DNA from: Camelus ferus
Taxonomy: Eukaryota
Direction: 5' to 3'
Length of the DNA stretch: 64,000 nt
Assembly (NCBI RefSeq): GCF_009834535.1
Contig: NC_045698.1
Span: 3,102,001-3,166,000, forward strand
Shown here: piece by piece, positions 1 through 11,905 of the stretch
How positions within the stretch are numbered: the first letter of the stretch is position 1
Layout: the number at the start of each line of letters is the position of its first letter
Notes under the pieces: model-generated
Seen by the model: the letters and a program-made list of their open reading frames with translations, nothing else
Databases searched by the model: none
Told to the model about the DNA's origin: nothing
Position numbers and translations under genes: made by a program

Positions 1-499
1 CTCTAGTGACACTTAGAGCTTGCTTCTTTTCCACAGAAGTTGAACTCGTGTGGTAATCAGTGGTGCCAAGGGCTGTCTACAGGGTCACTTGTTTATAGGA
101 GGTAGAAAGCAAAGAGCAGGGATTCCACAGGTGATGCAATCTGCAGGTATTCAAGAACAGAGAGCAGCAAAGAAGACGGTGAAGTAGGTACCAAAGATTG
201 CAACAGGAGAAACCAGACTATGCTCTGAGATGGGTGTGGCACCAGTTATGTCAGTGAAGCTGTGAGAATGACAACGAATAACAGACATCACCGCCTTTAG
301 AACAAGGAAGCTAGTCCAGGAAGGACGAACATGTGGATGACAAAGTAAAGGTTTAACTCTTTCTTAATGGTGAGACAACAAAAATGGATTATTTAGAATA
401 GTCTTTTGAAAGTATATATAGTAAATTACATGGTTTGTGACATTTTCATGACATTTTCATAAGAATACTAAATAAGTTACTTATGTTTCTATTCATCTA

Positions 500-907
500 T
501 GTTGTAGTCACCTCGTAAAGGCTGGATAAACACCCTCCGCACAATATGTGGTCTGGATGACCAGACGGGTGAGTCGTACGTGCCAAGAGGGTATAGTGTG
601 ATTACTCTCAGGATAAGGTTTTCTGGGGGAGGAGGGGCACTGCAGGCTCTGGAGCTGGTCCAGAAATGTCTCAAGAGAGTGAGTTGGGAGAACTGGTGTG
701 ACTTTACTGTGGTTAGTGAATGGGGAGGATTCAGGGTTCCTGCTTGCGGGTTTGGCTTGCTTGTATGATTTGAACTACCCACTTATATAAAAAGAGGGAG
801 CATCTGGGCCTTTGTATTGACTTGCCCAGAGTGAGGGAACAGGGGAAGAGGGAAGGGTGGCGGTGGCGAGCTGTCAGCGTCAAAGTGGAGTCAGATGCTA
901 GCATACA
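500..907 (-). mobile_element. Ancient solo LTR, ERVL class (MER54/MER74-like group)
   Basis: ~410 bp with TG...CA termini. The minus strand reads TGTATGC...CCACCCTTCCCTCTTCCCC...TCTGGGCAAG...GGGTAGTTCAAA...ATACCCTCTTGG...GACTACAACA, resembling recalled ERVL LTR consensus. CTAT occurs at both ends. Subfamily uncertain. Confidence 0.6.
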
Positions 908-2689
908 CTATTCGTGGTGTTAAAGTGAATTGTAATTGACTTTCCATGAGTTTTCGAGAGTCTTGTCATATTTCTTGAGATAACTAATGATGTCCCATGG
1001 TTATTAAACCCCAGTTGGAAGTCCTCATTCCTGAACACCTCTAGAGTTTGGATTAGATGTTTCCAATGGCAACCAAAGACTTGAAAGTTAGTCTGTGCGA
1101 CGTCAGAACTTGTCCTGGGAATGCTCTTTGGGAAGCGGGAGTGAATGGGGGACATGTCTGTGCTTTAGAAAACCTTAAAGACTGAGGGGAAAACTGCATA
1201 AATAAAACTCAGTTAAAATAGATAGACTCTGAATACCTGGCCTTTGTTTTGTCAAAATAGTTACCATAAAACTAAATGGAGAAATATAATGAGGATATCC
1301 TAAAAGGAGATAACACTGTATTTCATTCTGATGGGAAGAGGTACTACTGAAGACACCAGCATTCTCATCTTTTGAGAAATAATGCCATGAGAGAAAATAA
1401 ACAAACAAAACGTTCACATGAGTAAAAATAGCAATACAAATACAGCACCAAAGACTTCGATTGCAAACAACACAAACCCATCCCAACAGCAAATTGAACT
1501 TCCAAAATGGCAATTATATTTCTTCATAAGAAAGCTCTCAGTGGAAGACAGATGACTCTTAAAGAAATTAACAAAACTCCTAGGTTGTCCTGAAATTCTA
1601 TCATGTATAGTAATATTCAGAGCAGCAATGTATACTTTTAAAGGCATAATCCATAAATGGTAGAAAGTGTAGATTAGAAAAAACAATATTCCAAGTGCTA
1701 ATTCGGCATGGTTCACTTTTTTAAATAAAGAAATAATATTTAATGACAAAACTGATATTTTAATTTTTTAAAACAAATAATGTATCGTAGACTCAAATAT
1801 AAAACCTGTAGCCATCAAAATATCCTCGTGACCACTCTTGAAAGATGTAATAAAAAAAGGTTTGAAGAGCCATGATGAAGACAGACAGTAATTGGATTTT
1901 AAGTTCAGTGTCCTAGTTGTACAGTAAGTGAAAATAATTAAATTAATCTTTAAGTATTTTTATTTAATTATTTAGCCACAAAAGTCTTTGAATAAATTTC
2001 AACCTAAGTAAAACAGGTTTTTTGTTTGTTTGTTTGTTTTAATTTCCAAACACAGATAATCCATTTTGTGACAATTGAGACCCTTTTTACAACTCTTGGA
2101 TATAAAGCTCTAATACATTGACCAAATTAGACCATCTTTCAGGGTCTGAGCTTAATGCAAAGTCATGGTGTAAATCCAAAGAATGCATAAGTGAATAAGA
2201 AACTGCCATTGAATATTCTATTTTTAGCTAGAATTTTAAACTGATTTTCCCAGATTCTTTCTTAGTGAACCCACATCAATTCGAGTAGGGCTCTTCCTGA
2301 ATAAATGCAAATATATTCTACAGACGTATTCTAGCTACTGCCCTTTTACTTCTAATCTTCAATGATATGGATTTATTTTAAGTGCTGATTGATTTATTAG
2401 ATCTTTGTGAAAGGCACAGAAAATCAATACAAGAAAAATGAATTCAAAATATAAGTGGCCACACAAGATCTCGTGTGTCTAAGGCTATAATAGAGGGAAG
2501 TTTTGATATAAATTTAACTCAAAGGCTAAATTCTGCTTTATTCCAACCTTCTGTAAACTTTGTTCTTAACACAATACATAATGGGAGGAGAAAGCAAAAG
2601 AACAAAATTGATTCTAACAAAGAAAGCTCTTTAAAGAGTAAAATCTATTTAATCTGGTCCATTTGAAAGTGTCAAACAGACATTTATTC

Positions 2690-3085
2690 TTTAAATTAAT
2701 CATTTTATTCTGTGATAAATGTATATTCACATGCTGTTGTAAGAAATAATGCAAAGAAATGCTATGTATTCCTTACCCAGCTCCTCCCCCAGCGGTTGCA
2801 TCTTGTAAAACTATGGTAAACATCACAGCCAGGATATTGACATTGGTGGTTCAAAAACAGAACATTTCAGTCACTGTGATGACCCATCTGTAACCACAAC
2901 CACTTTCCTCCTGACACCCACACCCTCTCTAATAATTGGTAACAACTAATTTGCTCTCCTTGTTGACAATTTTCTTGGTTCAAGCATGCGATATAAACGA
3001 AATTATACAGAATGTAACTGTTTGGAATTATCACTTTATACTCGGCATAATTCTCTGGAAATCCAGCCGGGTTGCTGAGTATGCC
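2690..3085 (-). mobile_element. Old L1 3' end (L1MC-like)
   Basis: Antisense L1MC 3'UTR motifs: TTGTAAGAAATAAT..., CATCTTGTAAAACTAT...CAGCCAGGATATTGACATTG, ACTCGGCATAATTCTCTGGAAATCC. Confidence 0.7.
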
Positions 3086-3109
3086 CCTGTGGGTAAGGTG
3101 CCGTGTCCC

Positions 3110-4770
3110 TCCTACTATTTCAGGATGATTTCTTTGTCTTTAGTTTTCTAGTGTTTAATTGTGATGTGCCTTAGCATGAACATTTTTAGGTTTATCCTCT
3201 TTGCACTTCATTTGGCTCCTTCAATCTATAGGTTTGTGTCTCTTTTCAAACATGGGAGGTTATCTGCAATTATTTCTTTTTTTTTATTGAGCTATAGTCA
3301 GTTTACAAATGTTGTGTCAATTTCTGGTGCACAGCACAATTCTTCAGTCATACATGAATACACATATATTCATTTTCATATTCTTTTTCACCATGAGCTG
3401 CTAAAGATATTGGATATATTTCCCTGTGCTATATAGTATGAACTTGCTTATCTATTTTATATATACATCTCAGTATCTGCAAATCTCTAATCCCCAGTTT
3501 ATCCCTTCCCACCCTCCTCCCCCCTGGCAACCACAAGTCTGTATTCTGTCTGTGAGTCTGTTTCTGTTTTATACGTAAGTTCATTTGTTTCTTTTCTTTT
3601 CTTTTCTTGTTTTTTTTATTTTTTAGATTCCACATATGAGTGATATCATATGGTATTTTTCTTTCTCTTTCTGGCTTATTTCACTTAGAATGACATTCTC
3701 CAGGGACATCCATGTTGCTGCAAATGGCATTATGTTGTCATTTTTCTATCTGAATAATATTCCATTATATAAATATACCACCTCTTTATCCAGTTATCTG
3801 TCAATGCACATTTAGGTTGTTTCCATGTCTTGGTTATTGTAAATAGTGCTGCTTGGAACATTGGGGTGCAGATGTATTTATGAATTAGGGTTCCTTCTGG
3901 ATATATGCCCAGGAGTGGGATTGCTGGGTCATATGGTAAGACTATTTTCAGTCTTTTGAGGAATCTCTATACTGTTTTCCACAATGGCTACACTAAAATA
4001 CATTCCCACCAACAGTGTAGGAGGGTTCCCTTTTCTCCACATCCTCTCCAGCATTTACCATTTGTGGACTTTTAAATGACAGCCATTGTGACTGGTGTGA
4101 GGTGATACCTCATTGTTGTTTTGATTTGCATTTCTCTGATAATTAGTGATATTGAGCATTTTTTCATGTGCCTATTGGTCATTCATGTCTTCATTGGAGA
4201 ATTACTTGTTTAGCTCTTCCGCCCATTTTTGTTTTTTTCTTATTAAATCATATGGGTTATTTATATATTCTGGAAATCAAGCCCTTGTCAATTTTATCTT
4301 TTGCAAATATTTTTCCCATTCTGTAGGTTGTCGTTTTGTTTTGCTTATGGTTTCTTTTGTTGTGCAAAAGCTTGTAAGTTTACTTAGGTCCCATTTGTTT
4401 ATTTTTGCTTTTATTTCTATTGTTTGGGTAGACTGCCCTAGGAGAACATTGCTGAGATGTATGTCAGATAATGTTTTGCCTATGTTTTCTCCTAGGAGGT
4501 TTATTGTGTCTTGTCTTGTGTTTAAGTCTTTAATCTATTCATTTTGAGTTTATTTTTGTGTATGATGTGAGGGAGTATTCTAGCTTCACTGATTTACATG
4601 CAATTATTTCTTTAAGAGTTTTTCAAGTCCTTCTAGCTTAACTGATTCCAGGTCTCTGATGAGTCAAATGTCAAGTCCTTTGTTCCCTTAGGCACTATTT
4701 TCTTTTTCATTAAGTCTTTTTCTCTCTGCTGTTCAGATTGGGTATTGAAAATCAACAACATAATTGTAGA
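3110..4770 (-). mobile_element. Old L1 (5'/ORF1 region), interrupted by a younger L1
   Basis: Antisense L1M ORF1-type sequence (TTTCTTTGTCTTTAGTTTT...GATGTGCCTTAG...TTATCTGCAATTATTTCTT) resumes after 4613 (TTTTCTCTCTGCTGTTCAGATTGGGTA). Confidence 0.6.
3280..4598 (-). mobile_element. Young 5'-truncated L1 (camelid-type), ~1.3 kb, with 15-bp TSD
   Basis: Poly-T tail, L1 3'UTR and ORF2 C-terminal antisense motifs (CATTCCCACCAACAGTGTAGGAGGGTTCCC; GTTTTGATTTGCATTTCTCTGATAATTAGTGAT). Identical TGCAATTATTTCTTT at 3265-3279 and 4599-4613. Confidence 0.95.
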
Positions 4771-6089
4771 GCTTGAAGAGATGTTTAACTGGTGTAGGAC
4801 TCTTGACCCTGGCCTTTGGGGAGAACAAGCATTTTGTGTGTGTTGCATTTTTTCTGGGGAAATATTCATAAAGCTCATTTCTTTCTCAGAAAGATCCCCA
4901 CTGCCCTTATCCCTGTATGCCAACCTCCTCTTTTCAGAACTGAGGATTCCTTCCAGTTTCTGTTCTTTAATCGCAGTCCCAATGCCCTTTCCTTGCCTGT
5001 GGAGTTATTTGTTGAAAATGCACAGGACGTTTAAGGAAGGCAGACATGTCACCACGTCAAGCTAGATGACTGGAGTGAGTGTTGCTCATCACAAGCAGAT
5101 CCATATTTAGGAACAAATAATCCTCAAACTTGGAGACATGATGTACTGTGATTGCTGAGGATGGTAAGGAGGTGTTGAATGGATAACAAACACCAAGTGT
5201 AAGAGCTCCCCTGGTAAAGACAAGTTCATGTCTTCTGGTCCACCCCTACACATGTGGCTCCAGCCTTGCCAAGCTCCCTGCAAGTCCCTGAAAGCACCAC
5301 ATGCTCTCTTCCTGGGTGCTGCACAGGTGATTCCATCATCACCAACTTCCATTTCCTCATTTCAATGTGTCAGAAATTGAGTAAGAAAGTCTAGTCCTGG
5401 GAGAAGCCCGGACTGTTGCTCTCTAGGGGAAATTGACTTTTATAAACACTACAGTCTATTATTCAGAAGAGGAACTATAAACAATTTAGAACTTCATCTT
5501 GGTTCATCATAAGAAACATTTTTTATTTCATATAATGCTTCTAACAATCACAGGGCAAACTGCTCTGGAATATTCTTATAAGCACTAGGGTAAACTTGCT
5601 GTGTATAGCAATATGATGGATTTCAATGTATAGCACTCATATGACATAATGAAATTATAAGGAATAATTCATTCACCTAAAATCCTGTGCTTCTGTTTAA
5701 AAGGCATTGGGTAATTTGGAATTTGGTGATTATTAAAAGTGCACAAGAATATTTTTTTCTTTACCTCTGTGGAAGTATATATTATTTTGAATTCTGAAAA
5801 TAGAATGAATGATGAGATTTTAAAATAAAAGGACAGGGGTAACCGATAAAGAACAGAAAATATTTAAACAAAACAGAAGAAAAATAACTATTCTGAGTGA
5901 ATTATTTTAAAAGTGTTATTTCAGTTAAGTAATTCAGGAATGGCTTAGGGAATTCCAGAATAAAGCTTTTTTGAAGAGGGGTGTTTTTCAAAATTTTATG
6001 TGGAAATTCTCTGAATATATGCCATACATCAATAGACAGATTTAAATGCACACTTAATTTATAACTACATATATATATCTTTATATCTA

Positions 6090-6240
6090 TCCATGTGCGA
6101 GAGAGGAGACTAAATACGTGTGGTAGTGCCCTGCTAAGTTGAAGGGTTGAGGGATCATAGGTGCTGTCCCATTTTTCCTTGATGCTTTTCTGTGATTTCC
6201 CAGTTCTTTCTTTTTTATGACTTTCAATTGTGCACATATT
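6090..6240 (+). mobile_element. Old L1ME-type 3' fragment
   Basis: Resembles an old L1 3'UTR motif (reverse: GGAAATCACAGAAAAGCATCAAGG...CACCTATGATCCC); highly diverged. Confidence 0.4.
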
Positions 6241-7715
6241 ATTTTTGCATTCAGGAAAGGATATTTAAAAGTCAATATTTTATTTTAATGACTCTCCAAA
6301 GTGTCACCAACTGCAGTGTTGCAGAAATGGGTAATTAATATATAAAAGTACTTATGGAGCATGGAATAAAGAAAAGTGAAAAAGTAACTGGCCATTGGCA
6401 TCTATGGATTCTTGATGAATTTAAATGTATAGCACTTATGAAAAATAATACATTTGTTAATGAATTATTCATTCACTGGTAGCCTTGTGCTACTGTTTAG
6501 AAGACACTGAGTAATTTAAAATTTGGGCAATAAAAATGCACAAGAATAAAATTTGTTTGTCTGAAAACTGCTTGAAACTGTTCATTCTGAAAATTTAAAA
6601 TGAGCTGAAAAGTTTAGCATCCAGAGCACAGCCATGGTACACTCAGTTCATGGCACAGAGCCTGTGGGTAGCTGATCTGAGCAGGCTCCTTGGGTTCCAA
6701 GGTAGCAGCTAAGCTAAAATTCAAACAAAGGTTATGTGAAGCTTTCAAGTTGAAATTCACATTGTAGGAGCACACTGGGAAGAGTACTTTGGTTTTGTCA
6801 TGGTATTAATTTTACTTTTGATTATAAAAAAGTTATAAGACCAACTGAATGATCAAGAATTAAACAAAACTGAAAATGTGTTCTCCATTTAAGAAGCATG
6901 ACAGTTTGGAGCATGTGTGTGTAAATGTGTGTGAGTCACACTAGCATTTACTTCCTTACTGTAGTATTATAGATGATTGCTTTATAATTTTATAATATAA
7001 TCATTTGTGGCATTATATTATAGTATAGCATGATATTATAAATATAACCCAAGAAGCTGTTATAAGGCTTAATTCTAGAACAAGTCTTGTTTTTGCTTTT
7101 TTTTTTTTTTTTTTTAAATAAAAGTGCATCTAACATGCAACGTGGCATTAAGTTGAGGGGAAGGAGCCTCTGCTGGGCCAGGACATGTTGGATCAGATAG
7201 TCGTTGAGCAATTAAATATGTTAAACAGAATATGAATAGGAGTTTTATTTTCTGCATTCTATAAAAGTGGATCATTGTAAAATACCAGCATCTATACTGA
7301 AGCAAAATGGTTTAGATGCCCTTAAAAATTTACGGGAGATGTAAGGCAGGGCTGAAGGAGGACATGGCAGACGAAGCACAACTAGACGAATTCCTTGGGA
7401 TTAATGCTGCTAGTCAAAGATGGTGCAAGTGAACACCTACGTTCATACCCATCATTGCACATACACGTGGATACTTTACTTTGATGCACTCAGGGTGGTG
7501 GGGGTGGTTTGGTAGATGCTCTCAGAGAAGGAGAAATGTCCACTCAAGAGAGTTTTGATGCTTTTGATGCACAGTAGGACAATGACGAAAGTTTGTTCAG
7601 AAAGAAAAGCATGAATATTCGGGAATAAACCAAGTGACTTACCTGTCTTCAGAATGCGACTCAGGACTTGTTGGTGAATATGTTATAAATAACAAACCCA
7701 TAACCCAATAACGAT

Positions 7716-8150
7716 TGTATCTGCCTTCTATTTCTATCTAACAAATCAAAACAAACTTGGTGGCTCAAAACCATTTTAATGTCTTATATTTCTGGAGACC
7801 AGAAGTCTGCACTCAATTTTTCTGGGTTACAGTCAAAGTGTCCACAGATGAGGTCCTTCTGGAGCCTCCAGAGGATTGTTTCTTTACTTTTCCTGGCCCT
7901 GGGTGCTGCCTGCAGTCCCGGGATTATGACCATTCCCTGCATCTCTTCAACCTCTTGCTTCCATCATTGCATCACCTTCTCTTCTGAGGTCAAATCTCCC
8001 TCTGTCTCCCTCTTGCAAGGACACCTGTGGCAAGGACACATATGGGCACCTGTATACCCCAGGGCACTCTTCTCATTTTGCAATACAAGGTAATATCCAG
8101 AGATTCTGGGGCCTGAGATGAGTTATCTTCAGATCATTCGGTCTACCATA
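7716..8150 (-). mobile_element. MaLR LTR (MLT1C/D-like)
   Basis: TGTAT...AACAAA...AAACTTGGTGGCT..., CCTTCTGGAGCCTC, CCCTCTTGCAAGGACACCTGTG, ending CTACCATA: antisense MLT1 pattern. Confidence 0.8.
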
Positions 8151-8890
8151 ACCATAAAAGAAACTGAATCAGTAATAAAAATTTTCCGCTTCCCCTCACT
8201 CCACTAAATCTCACCATAAAAATATATCCATCCCATAAAATTTTACAGCCAAAAATGTTTAATCCATTCAAGGAAACAGATAATCCGTATTTCATTTTTT
8301 TACCAAATATTCAAAATCTAGGGAAAAAATGAGCACTACCTAATTCAAATTTTAAGGCTGTTATAAATGATCTAAAACTTTACATAAAAATATGTAAGAA
8401 TCTTCAAAAACTAATCTTTCTATGAATACAGATGCAAAAATTAATTAAAATGCAACAAAGTCAGCTATATCTAAGAAATGCAGATACAGTTAAGCATCAG
8501 AAAGTCTATTCACATTATACACTAAATTAGAAGTTTAAGGGAAAATTACCTTTGATCATCTTAAAGATGCACAAAACACTTAATAAAATTCCTTGTCCAT
8601 TTATGATACAAGTAGCAAATTAAAAATAAAATATAACTTCATAACCTGATAAATATTTATCTCACTATCTAAAAGAAAAAAACAAAGCATATAGACAAGA
8701 AAATTATAGACAATAAACACAACCAAAAGACAAGAGAAAGAAGCCTGATTTTACTAGAAATCAAGGAACTGCAAGTAAAAACCACAGCGAGGAACTGGCA
8801 TAGTCTTTAGATTAGGAAAATTATAAATACCTAATATTGCCAACATCACCAAGAATGATGAAAAAACAGTGAATTACATAGATGTCAGGG
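8151..8890 (+). mobile_element. Ancient L1 ORF2 fragment
   Basis: AAAGAAACTGAATCAGTAATAAAAA, TATGAATACAGATGCAAAAAT, GATCATCTTAAAGATGCACAAAACACTTAATAAAATTC: degenerate L1 RT-region motifs. Confidence 0.75.
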
Positions 8891-9386
8891 AGTCTACATT
8901 AATGAATGATGTTGAGAGCAATTTAGGAGCTCAGCTGTGATTACCATTAAGTCCCCTCCTTCTGGTTCTAGTTGAGCCTGTCTTGGCCCCGGTGTGTCTC
9001 CTTTCATGCCCCTATCCCCTGAACATCTGTTTGCATCCTCCCCTGCCATGTTCCTGGAACAACAAAGGGTTGTCCTCAGGTGATGTCTCAACCATTTATT
9101 CCTTCCGCATCACTCCTTTGTCCTTGAAAGGGAAGACCTTCCTCTCTTTCCCTCCCTCAGGACTGCTCATCTCTTCAGACTGAATATCTTCTCCACTTCA
9201 CATCACCTCTTAGGTTTCCCTCTACTTTTCCATCAGAAAGGAAAAGAAGCTTTGTGGATTTCAGTCTTTGTTTCTCACGGTGGCCAGTACATTCTTAGAA
9301 TGTTTGCTTGGTGGAATTGGAGCAACAAAGAGACTAGGATTACAGGGACAGAAAGCAGGGGCTGGAAATAGGAAAATAGAGCACTC

Positions 9387-9725
9387 TGTGTCTTAGTCTG
9401 TTCAGGCTGCTAAAACAGAGTACCAGAGACTGGTAGCTTATAAGCAACAGGAATGAATTTCTCATAGTTTCTGAGGCTACGGTGTCCAAGATCCAGGCTC
9501 CAGATAAGGTATCTGGTGAGGGCCTCCTGGTTCATAGATAGACATCTTCTCATTGCATCCTTACATGGCAGAAAGGGTTTCTTTTATGAGTATCGATCCC
9601 ACCCATGGGGGCTCCACTCTCCTGACCCAATCACCTTCCAGAGATCCCACTTCCTGATAACATCCCATTAGGGGTTAGGTTTCCACATATGAATTTTGGA
9701 GGGACACAAACACTGTACTCCAGCT
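9387..9725 (-). mobile_element. MaLR LTR (MLT1A-like)
   Basis: TGTCTTAGTCTGTTCAGGCTGCTAAAACA...TCCAAGATC...TCTGGTGAGGGCC...TGACCCAATCACCT...ATATGAATTTTGGAGGGACACAAACA. Confidence 0.9.
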
Positions 9726-9809
9726 TCCCAACATACGCCTGCCACCACACTAGCAAAGCTGAAGAAGAGCATCATTTAAAGGGAGAAGTGTGTGGGGAGA
9801 GATGGAAAG

Positions 9810-10330
9810 CCATATCCATTGTAGTACTTGTGTTATATTGCATTAGCAAAAGCAAAATATGGAAACAATGTACGTCTTTTAGTAGGAGAATGAATAGCTG
9901 CATGGTAGCACGTTCATATGTGAGAACAATACACAGTTCAAACTCCTGAGCTAGCACTGGATGTATCAACATGGGTATGTGCAAAAACAAACAAACAAAC
10001 AACAACAAAAGAAACTTTGATGTTGAGCAAAATACAGAGGTTGGAGACATATATACATGATATAATGCCATTTATATAATTTAAAAAATACAAATATATA
10101 ATGTATTAATATGGAAATAAGTACAGGCAGCATAAACACAAAAATTAAGAGAGCAGTTTCATCTGGGAGGAGAAACAGCGCTGGGAGTGAGAAGAGGGTG
10201 CACAGAGCCTTTCAATTCCTTCCCTGTGTGGTTTGTTCTTCTTAAGAAAATACTTGAAGTAAATATATAAAAATGTTAAGTTTTGTTAAGGTTTGGTGGA
10301 AAGTACATGTTTTTCACTGCAGTATTCTTT
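9810..10330 (+). mobile_element. Ancient L1ME 3' end
   Basis: AGCAAAA...GGAAACAA...GTAGGAGAATGAATA, TGTATCAACATGG, TATAATGCCATTTATATAA. Confidence 0.7.
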
Positions 10331-11467
10331 ATTCTCCCCAGTAAAACGTCCATGACAACAGCTGTCCCAACAAACTCAAACTCAGGGAGAGAGTGGCTGC
10401 TGGGGCATGAGTTCCAGTGAGGTTTTCTTTCTTTGTTTTTGTTTTTTCTCTGATTCCTGCTCTTTGTCTTTTTTCTTCCATTTTGGTAGCAAAGATATGT
10501 ATGTATTTAATCATCACAATGGAAAGAACCAAAGGAAAGAAAGAGGAAGAAAGAAGAAGCTAGAGAGAGAGGAGTTACCCAAGGCGCTTTGTCTAGAGAG
10601 AGGCTGAGCTGGAAGCATGAGATGCGAGGATGAGACAGGAGGACAGTTTCCCTTCCAGTTTCAGATTCTTACTTTGGAATAAAGAGGGCAATCTCTCCTC
10701 TCTTCTGGGAAAACACCCAAGAGCAACAGGACCACAGGAAGCCATATGCAAACTCCCTATTTGATGAACGTAGGAGACATCTGCAAACCTGAACCACAGA
10801 ATGTGAGGAGGGGATGCCAAGTGTTGAGCAGGCAAAGGATACAGAAGATGCTGAGGGCGGGACTCAAGACAGCAAAGCTCAGGCTGCTGGCATACTGCCA
10901 TTCCAAGTGAGTGGTCGCTCTGTGGGGAAAATACGCAATCCCTCTTGAGCACACATGTGGTAGAATCACCTGTGAGAATCAGTGACTATAGCTTGGTGTG
11001 GTTTCAGGAAACAGGAAGATGGGGATAAACATGGAAGCAGGAAGTCCAGACCTTGGTTGTCTTTGCAGGCAGCCATCTGCCATGGTGAAAGGATAAACTG
11101 AGCATCCCTGCATGGTGAAAAGCTGTCACTTTGTTGTGCAGAATTTGGGGAGGAGAAAGGCTAACAGAACTCACTCCCACACATACCTCTGCACCATTAG
11201 GAGACTCACTCAAGGTCATGTCCTGACCTCTCCCAGCAATGATTCTCCAGCACACTCTAGTGCAGGAAAACTAGCCTAATTCAAATATGAGTCAAAATCA
11301 AAGAAGACCAGTCATCGTACTAGGTGCTACACACATATTGTAAGAGAAAAGGAGGAGTGGGGCAGGAAATAAACACAGGCAAAGAACTCCAACCAGCAGG
11401 AGGCTGCCACTGGGAAAAAGAAATTAGACCAAAAATACTGACAGCTGGCACATGTATAGTTCTTAAC

Positions 11468-11633
11468 CAGTGAGGCTGGAGCTGGCTTTACTGCTCGAGA
11501 GCAGATGCCCATGTTTCTCCCCACCTTTAGGTTCAGTGATGTTGCCATGAGTGGCAGCTGGGAACTGGTCTTGGTGAAGGTTTACAGCATAAAAACTGGC
11601 ATATGTTGCAGATAAAGATATTTTATTTGTTTG

Positions 11634-11672
<39 letters not shown>

Positions 11673-11720
11673 TTTCCTTTGGAAAACTGGCTGTCGTAAT
11701 TATTTACCAGCACATCATTG
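11468..11720 (+). mobile_element. MER63-like hAT DNA transposon with an internal T35 tract
   Basis: Starts CCAGTGAGGCTGGAGCTGGCTTTACTGCTCGAGAGC, contains GTTCAGTGATGT, ends ATTTACCAGCACATCATTG, matching recalled MER63 termini. Confidence 0.7.
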
Positions 11721-11814
11721 GTGGTTGTCCTATGGCTGGTATTGGTTTAAGTGCTGTCTCTTCACATATATATGTGTGTGTGTGTGTATGTGCATGTGTG
11801 TCTGTGTGCATCAT

Positions 11815-11905
11815 GAGAGTGAGTTAACTAACTTACTCAATGTGACACAACTTTGTAAGTGGCAAACCCAGAATTTAAACACAGGCAGTGGTCCTCCACA
11901 TGCTA
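11815..11905 (-). mobile_element. MIR fragment
   Basis: GAGTTAACTAACTTACTCAATGTGACACAACTTTGTAAGTGGCAAACCCAGAATTTAAACACAGGCAGT. Confidence 0.7.

Larger units (their letters stand above)
2359..6592 (-). pseudogene. Decayed fragment of a repeated-micro-exon gene (tentatively CCDC7-like)
   Basis: Minus strand: polypyrimidine-TTTTCAG, 29-nt exon 5765-5793 (xFKIIYTSTE), GTAAAG; 72-nt intron; AAACAG, 16-nt exon 5677-5692 (KHRIL), GTGAAT. A degraded second copy lies ~800 bp away (6558-6586, 6477-6492) with stops and a lost donor. Also a stop-containing exon-like stretch below 5474 and a possible terminal exon 2359-2402 (xLINQSALKINPYH*). Family assignment is from recalled protein repeats only. Confidence 0.4.

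Noticed and set aside
1175..1749. Hydrophobic minus-strand ORFs suggesting a receptor pseudogene
   Set aside because: Hydrophobicity follows from T-rich sequence; I see no GPCR, V1R or TAS2R motifs.
4146..4547. 133-aa hydrophobic ORF
   Set aside because: Antisense reading of L1 ORF2.
5612..6592. Pair of box C/D snoRNAs (TGATG...CTGA in both duplicated copies)
   Set aside because: Span of ~180 nt, imperfect C boxes and no terminal stems; the CTGAAAA is better explained as the minus-strand TTTTCAG splice acceptor.
7638..7700. Strong minus-strand donor CAG|GTAAGT
   Set aside because: No matching acceptor before the MLT1 LTR at ~7716, so an exon cannot be defined.
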